Shown here piece by piece: positions 30,320 to 32,000 of a DNA stretch of 32,000 bases. The stretch comes from Bacillota bacterium (lineage in GTDB: Bacteria > Bacillota > Sulfobacillia > Sulfobacillales > Sulfobacillaceae), in NCBI GenBank assembly GCA_021820965.1, contig JAKACZ010000003.1, forward strand, positions 9,297-41,296. The letters run 5' to 3'. The first letter of the stretch is position 1, and every line of letters starts with the position of its first letter. The notes beneath the pieces were generated by a model. It had not been told where the DNA came from. It saw only the letters and a program-made list of their open reading frames with translations, and did no database searches. The translations under genes were made by a program, and so were the position numbers.

Positions 30320-32000
30320 ATGGCGACACTACAATTTGATATTGATGGGCAAAAGGTGGAAAAGGCCGCGGGCGTGAAGCCGGCGGAACTTACGCACATT
30401 CCCGAGGACGCCTTGGCCGTGTGGGTTAATGGGCAGGTGCGGGATTTAAACCGGCCGCTCAACGAAGGCGGCCAATTGCAATTCCTCACCTTTAGCGATA
30501 GCGCCGGACGCCACGTGTTTCGCCACTCCAGCGCGCATTTGCTGGCACAGGCGGTTAAGCGGCTCTGGCCAGAAGCCAAGTTGGGTACCGGACCCGCACT
30601 GGAAGATGGTTTTTATTACGACATTTGGCTACCTGAGCCGTTGACCGAAGGCGACTTGCCGCGGATCGAGGAAGCCATGCGGGAGATTGTCAAGGAAAAC
30701 CTGGGTATTGAGCGACTCGAATTGTCGCGGGAAGAAGCGCTGGAACTGTTCGCGAACCGCGGTGAGTCTTTCAAGCAGGAGATTATCGCGCGAATCCCTG
30801 AGGGCGCGATTATTTCCGCTTACCGTCAGGGAGACTTTGTGGATCTATGCTCGGGCCCGCACCTTCCCCGAACTGGCCTTATCGGGGCGCTGAAGCTGAC
30901 TCAGGTGTCGGGCGCGTACTGGCGAGGCGATGAAAAAAACCCGATGATGACGCGCATTTACGGGACCTCATTTCCGGATCAGGAAAGCTTGCAGCGCCAT
31001 TTGATCCAGATTGAGGAGGCCAAGCTGCGTGACCATCGCAAGCTTGGAGCGCAGTTGGATTTGTTCAGCTTTCATGAGGAGGCACCCGGCTTTGCGTTTT
31101 GGCAGCCCAAGGGCCATCAGTTGTACCGCCTCTTGGAAGATTTCTCGCGGCGACTACAGGCGGACCGCGGATATCAGGAAGTGGCCACGCCCTGGATCTT
31201 TCGCGTGGGCTTGTGGCACCGCTCCGGGCACTGGGACCATTACCGTGACAATCTATTTCTCATCGAGCGGGAGGATGAGCAGCAGGGTGTCAAGCCCATG
31301 AACTGTCCAGGCCACTGTCTCATGTTTCGGGAATCCACCCGCTCATACCGCGATCTGCCCTGGCGACTGGCGGAATACAGCCCGCTATCGCGTTATGAAC
31401 GCTCCGGTGCTTTGCATGGCCTTATGCGCGTGCGCGGATTCCATCAGGACGATGCGCACCTTTTTGTGCGGCCGGATCAGATTCGCGAGGAAATGTTCGG
31501 TGTGCTTGACTTAGTCGACATTGTCTACCGCACTTTCGACATGCCGTACGAAGTCGTACTGTCGACCCGCCCTGACGACTACATGGGGGAATTGGCCTTA
31601 TGGGATCGGGCCGAACGGGAGCTGGAAGAGGTGCTCAAGGCGCGCGGCCTCAAGTACCAAATCAATCCCAAAGACGGGGCCTTTTACGGGCCCAAGCTGG
31701 ACGTTTATGCGGTCGACAGTTTGGGCCGGCGTTGGCAGTGCGCCACTGTTCAGTTGGACTTTCAGATGCCGGAGAAGTTCGAACTGGAATATGTCGACCA
31801 AGACGGGTCGCCCAAGCGACCGGTGATGATTCACCGGGCCATCATGGGGTCGCTTGAGCGGTTCCTGGGCATTTTGGTGGAACACTATGCGGGGGCATTT
31901 CCATTATGGCTGGCACCGGTTCAGGTGCGGATTCTTCCGATTACCGACAAGCAGCATGATTACGCACGGTCTATTGCGGGCCAGCTCCGCCGTCGCGGGA
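30320..32000 (+). CDS. thrS: Threonine--tRNA ligase (3' end runs off the window)
   Basis: Absent from the track because it is open at the window edge. Own translation: MATLQFDIDGQKVEKAAG... (TGS domain), RHSSAHLLAQAVKRLWP, HRKLGAQLDLFSF, PMNCPGHCLMF, RVRGFHQDDAHLF, FYGPKLD, HRAIMGSLERFLGILVEHYAGAFPLWLAP. AGGAGG ribosome-binding site. Confidence 0.95.
   Translation, partial: MATLQFDIDGQKVEKAAGVKPAELTHIPEDALAVWVNGQVRDLNRPLNEGGQLQFLTFSDSAGRHVFRHSSAHLLAQAVKRLWPEAKLGTGPALEDGFYYDIWLPEPLTEGDLPRIEEAMREIVKENLGIERLELSREEALELFANRGESFKQEIIARIPEGAIISAYRQGDFVDLCSGPHLPRTGLIGALKLTQVSGAYWRGDEKNPMMTRIYGTSFPDQESLQRHLIQIEEAKLRDHRKLGAQLDLFSFHEEAPGFAFWQPKGHQLYRLLEDFSRRLQADRGYQEVATPWIFRVGLWHRSGHWDHYRDNLFLIEREDEQQGVKPMNCPGHCLMFRESTRSYRDLPWRLAEYSPLSRYERSGALHGLMRVRGFHQDDAHLFVRPDQIREEMFGVLDLVDIVYRTFDMPYEVVLSTRPDDYMGELALWDRAERELEEVLKARGLKYQINPKDGAFYGPKLDVYAVDSLGRRWQCATVQLDFQMPEKFELEYVDQDGSPKRPVMIHRAIMGSLERFLGILVEHYAGAFPLWLAPVQVRILPITDKQHDYARSIAGQLRRRG

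Noticed and set aside
30304-31885. ORFs 30304-30579 (-), 30687-30893 (+), 31011-31301 (+), 31521-31826 (+), 31598-31885 (-) and 31600-31857 (+).
   Set aside because: All lie inside thrS in wrong frames. thrS itself is missing from the track only because it runs off the window.
1-32000. Search for CRISPR arrays, rRNA or tRNA genes, and long (over 100 bp) direct repeats.
   Set aside because: None was found by reading. The only periodic repeats are short coding or intergenic duplications (6032-6059, 6930-6955, 23679-23741, 28656-28673) and the IS630 terminal repeats.

Overview
GC-rich, Firmicute-like chromosomal window: GGAGG-type ribosome-binding sites and ytxC / T-box / thrS synteny at the right edge. 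Any closer taxonomic guess, such as a sulfur-metabolising acidophile, is inference only. The core (about 5.9-17.1 kb) is a same-strand respiratory module in two transcription units. Each unit is preceded by a near-identical TGTGA-N6-TCACA (Crp/Fnr-type) box. Unit 1 holds a 32-codon uORF, a heme O synthase (CtaB-type) and a 484-aa His-rich polytopic membrane protein of unknown family. Unit 2 holds a Tat-signal 4x[4Fe-4S] subunit, an NrfD-type membrane subunit and a 1098-aa Tat-signal molybdopterin catalytic subunit. This B-C-A order is the one used by ttrBCA (tetrathionate reductase). They are followed by a TorD-family chaperone, a dedicated tatA and a LuxR-type regulator whose receiver domain looks degenerate; after a 209-nt gap comes a UbiE/MenG-like methyltransferase. 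The module is bracketed by mobile-element debris. On the left: an ISAzo13 transposase remnant, a group II intron 3' fragment with intact domains V/VI inserted in an IS605-family tnpB pseudogene, and a PadR-ABC operon. On the right: an IS630 remnant, a vapBC pair whose PIN gene has an in-frame TGA, and an IS1595 pseudogene. Further right lie an orphan YeeE/YedE sulfur transporter, a MerR/TipA regulator with a textbook 19-bp-spacer promoter, a nonsense-split DUF3800 gene, an intact IS630 element with 28-bp inverted repeats, a truncated Mn-catalase, an IS607-type recombinase scrap, a cytosine-deaminase-family amidohydrolase, and ytxC / Thr T-box / thrS. No rRNA, tRNA or CRISPR array was seen. All family calls come from motif reading of translations by eye. 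No database search was run.
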